Source: Scyliorhinus canicula (taxonomy: Eukaryota). From it: a DNA stretch of 64,000 bases. Location: NCBI RefSeq assembly GCF_902713615.1, contig NC_052161.1:120745574-120809573 (forward strand). Direction: 5' to 3'. Position numbers and translations under genes: made by a program. Numbering within the stretch: position 1 is the first letter of the stretch; every line of letters starts with the position of its first letter. The notes beneath the pieces were generated by a model. The model was not told the DNA's origin. It ran no database searches and saw only the letters and a program-made list of their open reading frames with translations. This document shows, in pieces, positions 25,254 through 38,166 of this stretch.

Positions 25254-25833
25254 CAGGGCCGGCTCAAGGCACCGGCAACTCGGGCTGTTGCCCGGGGCGC
25301 CATGTGCTCGGGGGCGCCAGACTCGGGTCCCGCGCATGCGCAGTTGGTCCGGTGCCAACCAGCGCATGCGCGGTGGCCGCCAGCCCCCAGGGCGGCCCCC
25401 CGGCTCGGTCCGCCCCCACCCGCTCGGTCCCCCCCCCCCGCCCCCCTCGGGTCCGCCCCCCTCGGGTCCGCCCCCCCGCCCCGCCCTCGGGTCCGCCCGC
25501 CCCCCGCGTCCGTCCGCCCCCCGCGTGTTCGCCCCCCTCGGCCCCGCCCCCCCGCCCCCCTCGGGTCCGCCCCGCCCCCCTCGGGTCCGCCCCTCCTCGG
25601 CCCCCCCCCCCCCCCTCGGGTCCGCCCCTCCTCGGCCACCCCACACCGCCCCCCCCACACCGCCCCCCCTCCTCGGCCCCCTCGGCCCCGCCCCCCCCCT
25701 CGGCCTCGGCCCCCCCCCCTCGCCCCCCCCCCTCGGCCCCGCCCGCCCCCCCGCCCCCCCCCAGCCCCCGCCCCCCACAAGGGCGCCGAAGTTCAGCTTG
25801 CCCGGGGCGCCAGCAACCCTAGAGCCGGCGCTG
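25254..25833. mobile_element. non-autonomous hAT (Tip100-like) element with internal GC minisatellite
   Basis: TIRs CAGGGCCGGCTC / GAGCCGGCGCTG. Perfect 8-bp TSD TATGTGCA (25246-25253, 25834-25841). CCCCTCGGGTCCGCCCC repeats inside. Confidence 0.88.
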
Positions 25834-26149
25834 TATGTGCAGGAGGACTTTATAAAATGGCCAGTAAATTGAATGGAAAAGAAAGCAAGGCCAAGAGGAT
25901 CTATTAAATAATGAAGTTTGCCAAATACAAAAAGGTATTTGATTACTGTGAATGCAGGAAATCCCTCCTACTTCACCCCACCCCAGAACACTCATCACAC
26001 TCCCAAATCACTAGAACAAAACAAAGTGTGATAATAAACCTTTAACTAAATAAAATCATGAATTAAATCCTGAGCAGCATGTATTCCGTCTTATATGAGA
26101 TCCATTTACGAACCAACCGTTTTAATGGGGCATACCCCCGACATATGAA

Positions 26150-27857
26150 CTACATTATATAATAAGCCACTGGAGGTTGCTTGTTCTAACTGCATTGTAA
26201 GAGCTCCAATATAAACAATACAGGCATTTAAACACATGATACCCAAAATAAGCCCACCATGAATTACATATGTGCCGCTGAAGGAAAGAGTCTGCCTCGT
26301 CTGATGCGTCAAAATGATCTTCTCCGTTAAATGTGATGCGGAGACGGGCTGTATGAATCAGCCCAAAGCTAATTCCTTTCTTGTACAGTTTGGACTTGAT
26401 GTTGTTAAAGGCTGCACGCCTCCTTGCCGGGTCTGCACTCATAATTGCGTGGCCTTGGTAAGTAACATGGCAGTGCTCCTTTACCCTTGGGCTGGATTCT
26501 CTGGTCTGACGCCAAAATCGCGTTCAGCAACCGGCCGGAGAATCCAAGTTTACGACAGAATGGGGGACGGTGCCGCTTTCGCGATGCTCAGCCCCCTCCA
26601 AAACGCATATCGACGGCCTCAGGACATCGCCTAAGGCCCATCCCCCGATGTTCCGTCCCTGACCGACCGAGTTCCCGATGCCGCGGGTCTCTCATGGTGT
26701 CACCCGTTGGGAGCTCGGCTTGGCGGCTGCGGACTTAGTCCAATGCCGCGGGGGGGGGGGGGGAGGGGCAGGGGTCCGTGGGCAGGGTGGGGACATTATT
26801 CAGGACTAGGAGCACTGTGGGGGGTGATCTGTGGCGCGTGAGCCGGCCGAAGGAGGGGGGAACTATTTCGCGGGCTGGGTTCGCGAGCGACCTCCGCCAT
26901 GAAGCACGGTATGGCCGCTGAAGGCAGCCAGTGTGCACATGCGTGGCCACGGACCCGGTAATTCTCCGTGCCGTTTTCGGAGGTGGAGCTGGGTGCTCTA
27001 CGCTGCCGTCCTGCCAGCCCCCAGCAATACAGGGAATGGCTGGCCGTTTGCGCCAGTTTTCCTGGCGTTCCCACACCAACGTGGGGACATAGCCCCAGAA
27101 TTGGAGAATTGAGCCCCTTACCTTTGTAGTGATGAAACTCAACCACAATGACTCTTTGGGGGCTGCCAGGGAGAGGTTTCCGCCGAAGCATACGGTGGGC
27201 TCAGTCTAACTCTGGGGCTTAGGGAAAGTATCTTCATCCACCACCTTTTTGAATAATTCCTGTATGAACTGTGTAGGGGTTTGACCCTCCGTCCCTTCTG
27301 ATAGACCAACAATGCATTTGTTTTGTTGTCTTGATCGGCTTTCCAGTCATCGACTTTGCTCCTCAACGACACGCTCTCCTTAATGGCCATAGTCACTGGA
27401 CTCCAGTGTACTGACCTTATTGCTGTGGTCCAAAAGGGTCAGCTTGATGTCGGAAAGGGTGCTGGCATGAGAGTCGACAGGTAAACATCTGGTGTTGAGG
27501 GAGGACTGAATAGGAACCAGGGATTCTCCCAATGAATTTTTCAGCTCTAGAGCCAAACTTTGTTGGGACTTGTTGAACTGAGTAACCAGAAATGTTCTCA
27601 AAATTGCGGTTGTTAGTAGCTTGAGGGAGCCGGCTGCCATCTTAATGGCAGGGGCATCTGTACCATTTGATATTTTGCAGCCTGTTTGTTTTAAATTCTT
27701 GGGCATATCAAAAAACATTAGTTACCTGGGTGTTTAACTTTGTTTTTGAGGCGGCATATAACAATATACCGGCACATTAAGAAGGAACTTGTAAAACGGA
27801 TCATCGGGAGGAACATCACACGCGCTTCCCCTACGTAGCGCAACTGGAAGTCCTCCC
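26150..27857 (-). mobile_element. L1-clade LINE 5' end and ORF1 (degenerate), split by a MITE
   Basis: Coiled-coil-like ORF1 N-terminus (27380-27718), VIVVEFHHYK, and RRRAAFNNIKSKLYKKGISFGLIHTARLRITFNG C-terminus. GGAGGACTTCC-type 5' start at 27857. Confidence 0.8.
26489..27116. mobile_element. non-autonomous PIF/Harbinger-type element
   Basis: Imperfect TIRs GGGCTGGATTCTC / GAGAATTGAGCCC and 3-bp TSD CTT. Confidence 0.8.
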
Positions 27858-27859
27858 GT

Positions 27860-28085
27860 TGATACTTTCTAAATGTCCTGTTATCATATCCTTTTGTAAT
27901 GGACTAACATTTTCCCTGCTACAGTTGTTAGGCTAACCAGTCTGTAATTCCCTGCTTTCTCCTTCCCTTTTTTAAATAGAGGGGTTACATTTGCTACCTT
28001 CCAATCTGCCAGGACTGTTCCAAAATCGACAGAATTTTGGAAGATAACAACAAACACATTCGCTGTTTTCAAGGACACCTTGTTG
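27860..28085 (-). mobile_element. CR1 RT fragment
   Basis: DWKVANVTPLFKKG..AGNYRLVSLT. Confidence 0.85.
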
Positions 28086-28867
28086 GCCTTGTCCTTCTTC
28101 TTGCAGTGTGGTGCCCAGAATTGAATATAATTCTCTACTTTGATTGATGGAGAAAATAGAATGACAGAATGCCGATGAAGTAGAGTTGTGAATTGGATGG
28201 GGTCTTCGAACAAAATGCTTTTTTTAAGTTTAGTCCTAAGAAACAATAGAGCAGTAAATCTGTCAAAACTAAACCAAATTAGAGCTCCACACTTCTTGCT
28301 AAGTGAAGTAATGGATCGAAGCTCAAACTTTTTAATTGGGTTCAAGATCTTGAAATTTAGAGCTAACAAGAATTTCTAAGCTGAATTGCAAACGGTTTGC
28401 TGAGAGTCACCATACCAGATTTAGATTATATTGTGGGTGAGTGGAAGAAAGATAGTCTTTCTGTAGACAGATGCCTTGCCTGAAAGAGGCAGCGTTATTA
28501 GCAATAATACACATGAAAAAGCACCGTGAGCTCTGATGGTGTACTTTAAACCGTTAAACACAAAAACAATTTGGAAAATGTAATCACATCTGGTCTTTAA
28601 CTCTTAGACATATATTTAGCTACAAATTAGTAATCAGTACATTGCGGTCAAATTTAGCTCAGGATGAAGTGGCTTTCTGCTATACATTCTCTGAATTTAA
28701 AATAAATATTTTTGGCTTCATGGGACAAAACCCACAGAAAAGAGGAGGGAGGGAAGTGGCTGCCCATTTGAAATGTGTGCTACAGTATCTGCAAATATTT
28801 GTGATCTTGACATAATGTGTGCAAGTGTGACTTTAAACACCTTGATTTGGTTTCTTTTGTTTGATAG

Positions 28868-28926
28868 AGTACAGAGCCGCGAGGATTTCCTTTGGATGGT
28901 GGCTGGACAAAGCGACCAGTGAAAAG
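28868..28926 (+). CDS. C1orf167: C1orf167-like candidate coding exon
   Basis: tttgtttgatag acceptor and aag|gtacag donor. The phase-1 join reads EYRAARISFGWWLDKATSEK. Confidence 0.55.
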
Positions 28927-29069
28927 GTACAGCAGTTTGTGGGGAGTGGGTTAAATATATTTGAAGCTGTTTGTCAGGATTTCACATTTTCAGTCGTCAA
29001 AACGAAATGAACTGGAGCCTGGAAAGTATGCCGGAAATGGTGCTTCAAAAGAATTACTCGGAAAGATTT

Positions 29070-29290
29070 AAAAAAAAATTTAGAGTGCCCAATTATATTT
29101 TTTTCCAATTAAGGGGCAATTTAGTGTGGCCAATCCACCTAACCAGAATATCTTTGGGTTGTGGGGGTGAAACTCAGCAGACATGGGGCGAATGTGCAAA
29201 CTCCACACAGACAGTGACCCAGGGCCGGGATTCGAACCTGCGTCCGCAGTGCCGCAGTCCCAGTGCTAACCACGGCGCCACATGCCGCCC
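29070..29290 (-). mobile_element. short-tailed SINE with degenerate 18-bp TSD
   Basis: AATTACTCGGAAAGATTT / AATTATTCAGAAAGATCT flanks. Confidence 0.88.
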
Positions 29291-29574
29291 AATTATTCAG
29301 AAAGATCTTAGATGCAGTGCCAAGTGCTGCTTTCTAAAAGCTACATAAATGGTATTATGTGGATTTCCAAATGTTCAATAGCGTTCCAAAGAATTTTTCT
29401 AACATTTACGGTCATGGAATTGAAGTCAAATTATTGACCGCTTGGATGATTTTTTTTATTAAAGAAATTTAAAGTACCCAAATCATTCATTCCAATTAAG
29501 TGGCCGTTTAGTGTGGCCAATCCACCTACTCTGCACATCTTTGGGTTGTGGGGGCGAAATCCCCCCCCCCCCAA

Positions 29575-30050
29575 ACTTGCCTGGGTGAATGCAGCTCCAA
29601 CAACACTCAAGACGTTCGACACCATTCAGGACAAAGAGGCCCACTTGATTGCACCCCTTGCACAAACATTCAAACCCTCCACCACCAATGAACAGTGGCA
29701 GCTGTGTGTACAATCTACAAGATGCACTGCAGTAACTCACCACTGTTCCTTAGATAGCACCTTCGAAACCCACAACCACAACTATCCAGAAAGGACAAGA
29801 GCAGCAGATACCTGGGAACCCCACCACCTGGAAGTTCCCCTCCCACCACCCTGACTTGGAAATATATCGCCATTCCTTCACTATCGTTGGGGCAAAATCA
29901 TGGAACTCCCTCCCTAAAGCACAGTGGGTGTACCTTCACCTCAAGGATTGCAGCGGTTCAAGAAGGCAACTCCCCACCACCTTCTGAAGGGCAACTAAGG
30001 GTAGCCAATAAATGCTGGCCTAACCAACGATGCCCACATAGCATAAAATC
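29575..30050 (+). mobile_element. LINE 3' end (CR1/L2-group family; also at ~1000-1100, 36480-36660 and 56445-56745)
   Basis: Shared CCTGACTTGGAAATATATCGCC...GGTTCAAGAAGGCA...AATAAATGCTGGCC tail. Confidence 0.7.
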
Positions 30051-30059
30051 AAAAGATAT

Positions 30060-30900
30060 ACTGGCAGATTAAGTAAGTGGACAAAACTTTTGACAGATTG
30101 ATTTCTGTGTTGGTAAGTGTGAAGTTATCTATTTTGGACAAAATATGGATAGAATTGAGTATTTCAATGATGAAAAATTAGGAACAGTGGAAGACCAAAT
30201 CGATTTAAGGGTCCATGTTAAATTTCAGAGCCACTGCAAAATCCACATAATCTGGGTTGATAATTGACAAGTTGACAAATCACTAAAATGTAGTAGTCAA
30301 ATATAAAAACAAATAATAAAAAAGATTAATGGAATGTTAGCCTTTCTAACTATAGGACAAGAAAGGGGAGGAAGTTTTGTTACAGCTATACAAAACTCTG
30401 GTGAGAAATCTGGAGTACTGTGCCCAGCTCTGGGCACTTGCATCGTAGAAAGGATATAGCGGCGCAGATCGGCCAGAATGTGACCAAGGTTACAAGATTT
30501 AGATTAAGGAGATATTACATAAAGTAGGTGTGTAGTACCTGGAATATAGATTGAAGGGTGATTTGATTAAGGTATTTAGGATTTTACAAGAAATTGATAG
30601 AGTTGATAAAAATAAGCATTTTCTGCTGGCTTGGACACTAGGATAAGGGGACATAACCTTAAAATCAGAGCCAAGCATTCAGGAGAGGAGTTAGGAAACT
30701 ACACACAAAAGGCTAGTAGAAGTATGGAACACTGTCCCACAAAATACAATGGATGCTAGCTCAATTAATAATTTTAAATCTGAGATCAATGGACCTTTTT
30801 TGCTTGATAAAGGTATTTAAAAAAGTGGAGGAATTAAAATACAGATTAACTATGATATCACCGAGTGACGTAACAGGCTCAAGGGGCTGAGTGACTGACT
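30060..30900 (+). mobile_element. old CR1 3' fragment
   Basis: Decayed LYK.LVR..LEYC.Q.W and C-terminal motifs. Confidence 0.7.
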
Positions 30901-30929
30901 GTATCTCTGCTCCTAATACTGAGAAAGGG

Positions 30930-31219
30930 GGAACCTGTGTTTACATAGTGCTTTTCACAACGATAGGATGATCCAAAGTGCTTTGTAGCCAATTAAGCAC
31001 TTTATTGAAATGCAGCACTATGATATTGCAGAGGCAGCCAATTAGTATGCAGAAAGTTTCCATAAACAGCAATGCAATAAATAAGTTGATCATCTGAGTT
31101 TGGCCAGGGCACTGCTCTCCTTTGAATTGTATCGTGGATTAATGTCTCATTTAAAAAAAGAACAAATCTGACCGTGCTGGACACCCTGAGTACTGCACTG
31201 AATTATAAACCCAGATTAT
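30930..31219 (-). mobile_element. Deu-domain SINE-like repeat (SacSINE1-like)
   Basis: CCAAAGTGCTTTGTAGCCAAT...TTGAAATGCAGCACT and GAGTACTGCACTG segments, similar to 43630-43990. Confidence 0.55.
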
Positions 31220-31546
31220 GGGCGGGATTCTCCGACCCCACGCAGGGTCCGAGAATTGGCGGGAAGCGGCGTTATTTCCGCTCCCGCAGGTTTTCGAATT
31301 CTCCCGCTGGTAAAAAACCGGCGTTGTGCAAATCCCGTCGGCAGCCTGTGAAAACAGCTGGCGCCGGCGGGATTTCATTTTATTTGCACTGACCTGAAAT
31401 CTCCGGCCCGGATGGGCCGAAGTCCCGCCGACGTGGCCACGGGTCACGTCGGCGAAAATCACAGTTGATTTAAAACGGCGTCAACCATTGATGATGGTTG
31501 ACGCCGTTCAGTGTCGGGGGTGGGTTGAGGCATTGGGGGGGGGGGG

Positions 31547-32147
31547 GTGGGTTGCGGCCATCGGGGGGTTGCGGCCATCGGGGGAGTGGGTTGCAGCATC
31601 GGGGGAGTGGGTTGCGGCCATCGGGGGAGTGGGTTGCGGCCATCGGGGGAGTAGGTAGCGGCCATCGGGGGAGTGGGTAGCGGCCATCGGGGGAGTGGGT
31701 AGCGGCCATCGGGGGAGTGGGTTGCGGCCATCGGGGGAGTGGGTTGCGGCCATCGGGGGAGTGGGTTGCGGCCATCGGGGAGGGGGTTGCGGCCATCGGG
31801 GGAGTGGGTTGCGGCCATCGGGGGAGTGGGTAGCGGCCATCGGGGGAGTGGGTAGCGGCCATCGGGGGAGTGGGTTGCGGCCATCGGGGGAGTGGGTTGC
31901 GGCCATCGGGGGAGTGGGGTGCGGCCATCGGGGGAGTGGGTAGCGGCCATCGGGGGAGTGGGTTGCGGCCATCGGGGAGTGGGTTGCGGCCATCGGGGGA
32001 GTGGGTTGCGGCCATCGGGGGAGTGGGTTGCGGCCATCGGGGGAGTGGGTTGCGGCCATCGGGGGAGTGGGTTGCGGCCATCGGGGGAGTGGGTTGCGGC
32101 CATCGGGGGAGTGGGTTGCGGCCATCGGGGGAGTTGCGGCCATCGGG
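31547..32147 (+). repeat. 22-bp minisatellite (GGGGGAGTGGGTTGCGGCCATC)n, about 25 copies
   Basis: Head-to-tail near-identical units with no spacers. Confidence 0.95.
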
Positions 32148-32884
32148 GGGGTTTGGGAGCAGCGGCGGGCAGAGAGGGGGGGGCGACGGATGCCCGGGGC
32201 CAACGCACCGTGGCCCCCCCCCCCTCTGTATGCCGCTGCCCCCTACCCTAACCACCCCCCCCCTCACCACCCCTACCTCCCTCCAACGCCCCTACCCCCC
32301 TCCCCACCACCCCTACCCCCCTCCAACGCCGCCCCCCATCTCTCGCAACGCCGCAACCCCCCCCCCTCAACGCCGGGTCCCCCCCCCCCTCAAGGCCGGG
32401 TCCCCCCCCCCCCTCAACGGCGGCACCCCCCACCCTCAACGCCGCAACCCACACCCCGTCCCCCTCCCTCTGAAGGCCGGTACCCACACCCCCCCTCTCT
32501 CCTCCTCCCCCCCTCCTCCCCCCCTTCCTTCCTCCTCCCCCCCTTCCTCCCCCCCTTCCTTCCTCCTCCCCCCCTTCCTTCCTCCGTTAGTGGGGGGGGG
32601 GGGGTGCGGCGTTAGTGGGGGGTGGGTGCGGCGTTGGAGTGGGGTAGGGGTGGTGAAGGGGGTAGGGGTGGTGAGGGGAGGGGGTTGGGGTAGGGGCAGC
32701 GGCGTGCTGAGGAGGGGGGCGACGGATGCCCGGGGCCAACGCACCGTCGCCCCCCCTCTGCACGCAGCTGCCCCTACCCCAACCCCCTCCCTTCACCACC
32801 CCTACCCCCTTCACCACCCCTACCCCCCTCCAACGCCGCACCCCCACACCCCCACTAACGCTGCACCCCCCCCCCCCTAACAGA

Positions 32885-33312
32885 GGAAGGAAAGGGGGGG
32901 AGGAGGAGAGAGGGGGGGGAGAGGAGGAGAGAGGGGGGGGGAGAGGAGGAGAGAGGGGGGGGAGAGGAGGAGAGAGGGGGGGGGAGAGGAGGAGAGAGGG
33001 GGGGGGGAGAGGAGGAGAGAGGGGGGGGAGAGGAGGAGAGAGGGGGGGAGAGGAGGAGAGAGGGGGGGAGAGGAGGAGAGAGGGGGGAGAGGAGGAGAGA
33101 GGGGGGGAGAGGAGGAGGGGGGGGGAGAGGAGGAGAGAGGGGGGGAGAGGAGGAGAGAGGGGGGGGGAGAGGAGGAGAGGGGGGGGGAGAGGAGGAGAGA
33201 GGGGGGGGGAGAGGAGGAGAGAGGGGGGGAGAGGAGGAGAGAGGGGGGGGAGAGGAGGAGAGAGGGGGGGGGGGAGGAGGAGAGAGGGGGTGGGGAGGAG
33301 GAGAGAGGGGGG
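32885..33312 (+). repeat. ~20-bp purine minisatellite (GAGAGGAGGAGAGAGGGGGG)n
   Basis: Direct tandem units with variable G-run length. Confidence 0.92.
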
Positions 33313-33774
33313 GTGTGGGTACCGGCCTTCAGAGGGAGGGGGACGGGGTGTGGGTACCGGCATTGAGGGGGGGTGTGGGTACCGGCATTAAGGGGGAGGG
33401 GGACCCGGCGTTGGGGGGAGGGGGACCCGGCGTTGGGGGGAGGGGGGGGGACCCGGCGTTGGGGGGAGGGGGGGGACCCGGCGTTGGGGGGGGGGGGACC
33501 CGGCGTTGGAGGGGGGTAGGGGTGGTGGGGAGGGAGGTAGGGGTGGTGGGGAGGGAGGTAGGGGTGGTGGGGAGGGAGGTAGGGGTGGTGGGGAGGGAGG
33601 TAGGGGTGGTGAGGGGGGGTGGAGGTAGGGGTGGTGAGGGGGGTTGAGGTAGGGGTGGTGAGGGGGGGTTGGGGTAGGGGGCAGCGGCGTACAGAGGGGG
33701 GGGGCGACGGTTGCGTTGGCCCCGGGCATCCGTCGCCCCCCCTCTCTGCCCGCCGCTGCCCCCAAACCCCCCCC

Positions 33775-34260
33775 CCCAAATGCCGGGAACACACCCCCCC
33801 CCAAATGCCGGAACACCCCCCCCCCCCACCCAATGCCGGAACACCCCCCCCCCACCCAATGCCGGAACACCCCCCCCCCCCACCCAATGCCGGAACACAC
33901 CCCCCCCCCCCAATGCCGGAACTCACCCCCCCCCAATGCCGGAACACCCCCCCCCCCCCACCCAAAAATGCCGGAACACACCACCCCCCCCAACTGCCGG
34001 AACACACCCCCCCCCCCCCCCAACTGCCGGAACACACACACCCCCCCCCCAACTGCCGGAACACACACACCCCCCCCCCCCCCAACTGCCGGAACACACA
34101 CCCACCCCCCCCCCCCCCCCAACTGCCGGAACACACACCCCCCCCCCAACTGCCGGAACACCCCCCCCCCCCCCCCCCCCAAACTGCCGGAACACACACA
34201 CACCCCCCCCCCCCCCCCGAACTGCCGGAACACCCCCCCCCCCCCCCGCCCCCAACTGCC
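33775..34260 (+). repeat. minisatellite (AACTGCCGGAACACAC(C)n), ~25-30-bp unit
   Basis: About 17 tandem TGCCGGAAC cores separated by C-runs. Confidence 0.92.
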
Positions 34261-34707
34261 AGCTCTGTCTCTCTCCTCCTTATCCTCCAAAATACGCCGG
34301 GTCTCACCACTTCCGCAGCTGGAGAAACTGACGCGTATCGCGTCAGTCAGCTGCTAGCCCCTCCGGGAACGGAGAATAGCGGCCTTAAAGAAGGCCCCGG
34401 CGCCGGAGTGATTAACACCGATTTTTTTCGCAGGCAACCCGCGTTACGAAGGGCTACGGAGAATCCCGCCCCATGTGGATTTTGCAGTGGCTTTGAAATT
34501 GCAGCCAGTATTGAATGCATATTCGTTATCCAGCAATACGTTATCAGCAGAATTTACCAGAGAACCCAATATTGAACTGGAACCCATGGGCTTTTTAGGA
34601 ACTAATTCTGGGGGAAAAAAATCCAGAAATTCTATGAAAAAAAGTGTGTTTGTGTTTTGTAAATACATTTGCTTAAGCAGCAGATACTGATTAGTACATC
34701 CTCAGTT

Positions 34708-34932
34708 GGGCAGCACGGTGGTGCAGTGGTTAGCATTGCTGCCTCACGGCGCCGAGATCCCAAGTTCGATCTCGGCCCTGGGTCACTGTCCGTGTGGAGT
34801 TTGCACATTCTCCCCGTATTTGCGTGGGTTTCGCCCCCACAACCCAAAGATGTGCAGGTTAGGTGGATTGGCCACGCTAAATTGCCCCTTAATTGGGAAA
34901 AATGAATTGGGTACTCTGAATTTATTTTAAAA
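34708..34932 (+). mobile_element. short-tailed SINE with perfect 15-bp TSD
   Basis: AGTACATCCTCAGTT at 34693-34707 and 34933-34947. Confidence 0.93.
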
Positions 34933-36239
34933 AGTACATCCTCAGTTGAGGTGATGGAGAGAAATCACTTGCTGCAGTTTCATAGGGAGCTGAGTTAACA
35001 ACTCCCAGTTGTAATGACAGGAATACAGAAAGCTTTTGCATTGCTGACAAAACTATATTGAGGTTAATTCCCTAGCACTGTCCAGTTTAGTAATTCTTGC
35101 CCTTGTGGCCTGCCGTGGTGATTATATCTGCACTGATGTTAATCCAGCCGACTCACGCTGTGAGAGTTGGAAACTATTGCCAGCAGTTTCCTTCATTAAA
35201 TCAGGTGCAGGACTATTGTCTTCCCAATGAGAAAGCCCTGTTTTGGTTGCCAGTGTTAGTGACCCAATTATAAACCAAAGTTGATACCAGTGATTAGAAT
35301 TTTAGGTTAGTCACTGTTAAAAGTATAAGATCATATCTGGTTGAAGCTGTGATTTATCAGTGTCTCAGTCAGAGTGTGGCTGATTGCCAGGAGCTGCCCA
35401 AGGCTTGCACATGTGTGATTTATTGCTGTATTTGTGCAGCACTGACCCTGTGAGATAAATAATGCTGCAAACAATCAACCTAAACAGCACCAACTTCACA
35501 CATCACTCGGGGAAGAATCTGTACAATTCTATTGTGTTTATTCAGCAGATTACAAACCCAAGTGCATTTGCAAATTTCATTATAAATTAATTAACTTATC
35601 TACAGTTTACATAGTCTTAGTAGTTCCTTTGTGATTATGTAATATTTAATTTTGGGCTGTCAAAACAGACATCACAAAGGCCTAATTAATGTAAGTTCCG
35701 GTTGTTACATTTGTGAATTTCAGGGTGAGTCACAGATGGCAAATTGGAGTTAACGCTTTAAAGATAATGACCAATTTCTTAAGTTTAATTATCAAGTGTT
35801 AATTTCCGTCAGTGCACGAGGGATTGAATCAGCACTTGCATTGACGAGAAGTTTTTCTAATTAAATTCAGTTTTGGCTCCAGTAAAGTCGTTCTAAGGGT
35901 GTAATGTAACACAATTTTCTTTCAAACCCAATTTGTTTCACTTATTAGCTTCTAATTCTCATGTTATGATATCTTTATAAAGCACTGATCAGGCCTCAGC
36001 TGGAGTATTGTGTCTGACTCGCAGCACCATAATTCAGGAAGGATATCAAAGCCTCTGAGAGGATGCAGCTGAGATTTAGTGGGGATGGAATTTTTCAATT
36101 ATATGGACAGGCTAGAGAAACTGGGGTTCTTTTCCTTAAATCAGAGAATTTTAGGAGAAAATTGAATAGAGGTATTCAAAATCTTACCTTTTTCTTTTAA
36201 AATTCTTTTAGAGACTCAATTCATTTTTTCCAATTCAGG

Positions 36240-36465
36240 GGTCAGCACGGTGGCGCAGTGGTTAGCCCTGCAGCCTCACGGCACCGAGGTCCCAGGTCCG
36301 ATCCCGGCTCTGGGTCACTGTCTGTGTGGAGTTTGCACATTCCCCCTGTGTTTGCGTGGGTTTCGCCCCCACAACCCAAAGATGTGCAAGATAGGTGGAT
36401 TGGCCACGCTAAATTGCCCCTTAATTGGAAAAAATGAATTGGATACTCTAAATTTATTTTAAAAA
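36240..36465 (+). mobile_element. short-tailed SINE
   Basis: Full head, body and tail. Confidence 0.9.
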
Positions 36466-37074
36466 ACGAAGAAAAGTGAGGAAGGACAAGGATTTTGACC
36501 CAGCGATGACGAATAGGGATATATTTCCAAGTCAGGATGTTGTATGATTTGGAAGGGACGTTGGAGATGGTGTTATTCTCATGCTCCTGTTGCACTTGTC
36601 CTAGATGATGGAAGTTGCAGGTTTGGGAGGTGCTCTCAAAGGAGCCTTGACTAGCTGTTCTGCTGTGTCTTAGAATTGAAGAGTTGGGATGAATCCTGAG
36701 CAGCGTTCGATGGATGATAAAGTCAGAATTTCATTCCCATCTCAGTTGGAGTTGGTTAAATGTTCCTGTTCAGTGGAGCATTTGCAGGAACTGCTGTTGT
36801 TCGGTGTCTGGTTCCTGCTGTAACAACACAGAGGGTCAGTGGGGTGTCTCTTGTACTTTTGCGTTTCTATGGAGATGAGCACAGATGGGGCTCAGCGGGT
36901 TAGGAGTAGCCTGATGTAGGATAAATCTTTCTGATTATGATAAATTTGTGTGGGTAAGGATAGTGGGATGTAAGTGGCAGAAAATTTTGACTACAATGGA
37001 GTGCCTCCAAATCTTACATCCTTTTCAGTCAAATCATATTTTATCTAGGGTGTAATTCCCTTTGTGTTTAAAAC

Positions 37075-37297
37075 ATATATAAATTTAAAGTACCCAATTC
37101 TTTTTTTCCAATTAAGGGGCAATTTTAACGTGGCCAATCCACCGACCCTGCACATCTTTGGGTTGTGGGGGTGAGACCCATGCAGACGCGGGGAGAATGT
37201 GCAAACTCCACACGGGCAGTGACCTGGGGCCAGGATCGAACCTGGGTCCTCGGTGCTGTGAGGCAGTAGTGCTAACCACAACACCACCATGCCGCCC
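37075..37297 (-). mobile_element. short-tailed SINE
   Basis: Full copy. TSD TAATTC(C/A)CTTTGTGTT. Confidence 0.9.
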
Positions 37298-38166
37298 ACA
37301 TAATTCACTTTGTGTTAAGGAGAGGATTCATGATCTATATTCATTTCTGAAAAATCTATTAAATCAATTTGAAAGTGGCAAATGGTTTCAATGGAAATGA
37401 AATTATTTTTCTGTTGTCCTTTAGCAAGGCATTCATTGGCACCGTTAAAAGCTTATTTTAACTTCTGTAAAAACCATGAGGGTTTTCGAGATGCACCCAA
37501 ATGACTCATGTTCGTAATAACGAACAGTGAAAACTGACTGATGCTTTTCCATTTGTAAAACTGTGTGTCAGGTCACACACCAAGCTGCTGCTTAATTCTC
37601 ATAAAAGAAGTGATGTTGTTGGAAGGGAGAGAAGGCACATACATTCATTGTGAGGTACTCTTCTCCGTAAACATCATTACAATAAACCGCTGAAAAGCCT
37701 ACCGTCTGAGAAGAAGCTTTTGTCGACTGGCCATAGCCAGTTTACCAGAGACTTGGGTGTGCTGTCCTTTAAAGACAACCCCATCTGTGGGCCAGTCTTT
37801 CTCCTGTTTCAGGTTGGTGGAGATGGGATCATGCATGGATAATAATTTTAATGATCAGATTTTGCCAAAACTTCACAATTTGTTGATCAAAAAATAATAG
37901 CTAATATTGCCCTTCGTGACCAAAAAGGTTAGGAGGGTTATTGGGATACGGGATAGGGTGGAAGTGAGGGTTTAAGTGGGTCAGTGTAGACTCGATGGGC
38001 TGAATGGCCTCGTTTTACACTGTGTTATATGTTCTATGGTTTGATTATAAATGCACTTTTGTGTACTGTTCTATATGTGGAACGGCCTTGTATCTAAATT
38101 GTGCAGCTGCAGTTCCATGAGTGACCTGCTTAAATACACTGGACTACACAGATTGCACCACAGTTG

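Larger units (their letters stand above)
31220..34471. mobile_element. non-autonomous PIF/Harbinger-type element expanded by internal minisatellites and a palindrome
   Basis: Perfect 15-bp TIR GGGCGGGATTCTCCG / CGGAGAATCCCGCCC. 3-bp flanks TAT/CAT. Confidence 0.82.

Noticed and set aside
25031-25907. Overlapping 180-250 aa Pro/Arg/Gly ORFs
   Set aside because: They lie in the minisatellite of a TIR/TSD-bounded hAT element.
31547-34260. Regular repeats that superficially resemble a CRISPR array
   Set aside because: Units are head-to-tail with no unique spacers, there are no cas genes and the context is eukaryotic. These are minisatellites.
31459-34575. Many long Pro/Gly-rich ORFs (up to 477 aa)
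   Set aside because: By-products of stop-free GC-rich repeats, open in most frames, with no splice or domain support.
34475-34690. 71-aa ORF as the missing linking exon
   Set aside because: It abuts a MITE end, has weak splice signals and lacks the Trp-repeat pattern.
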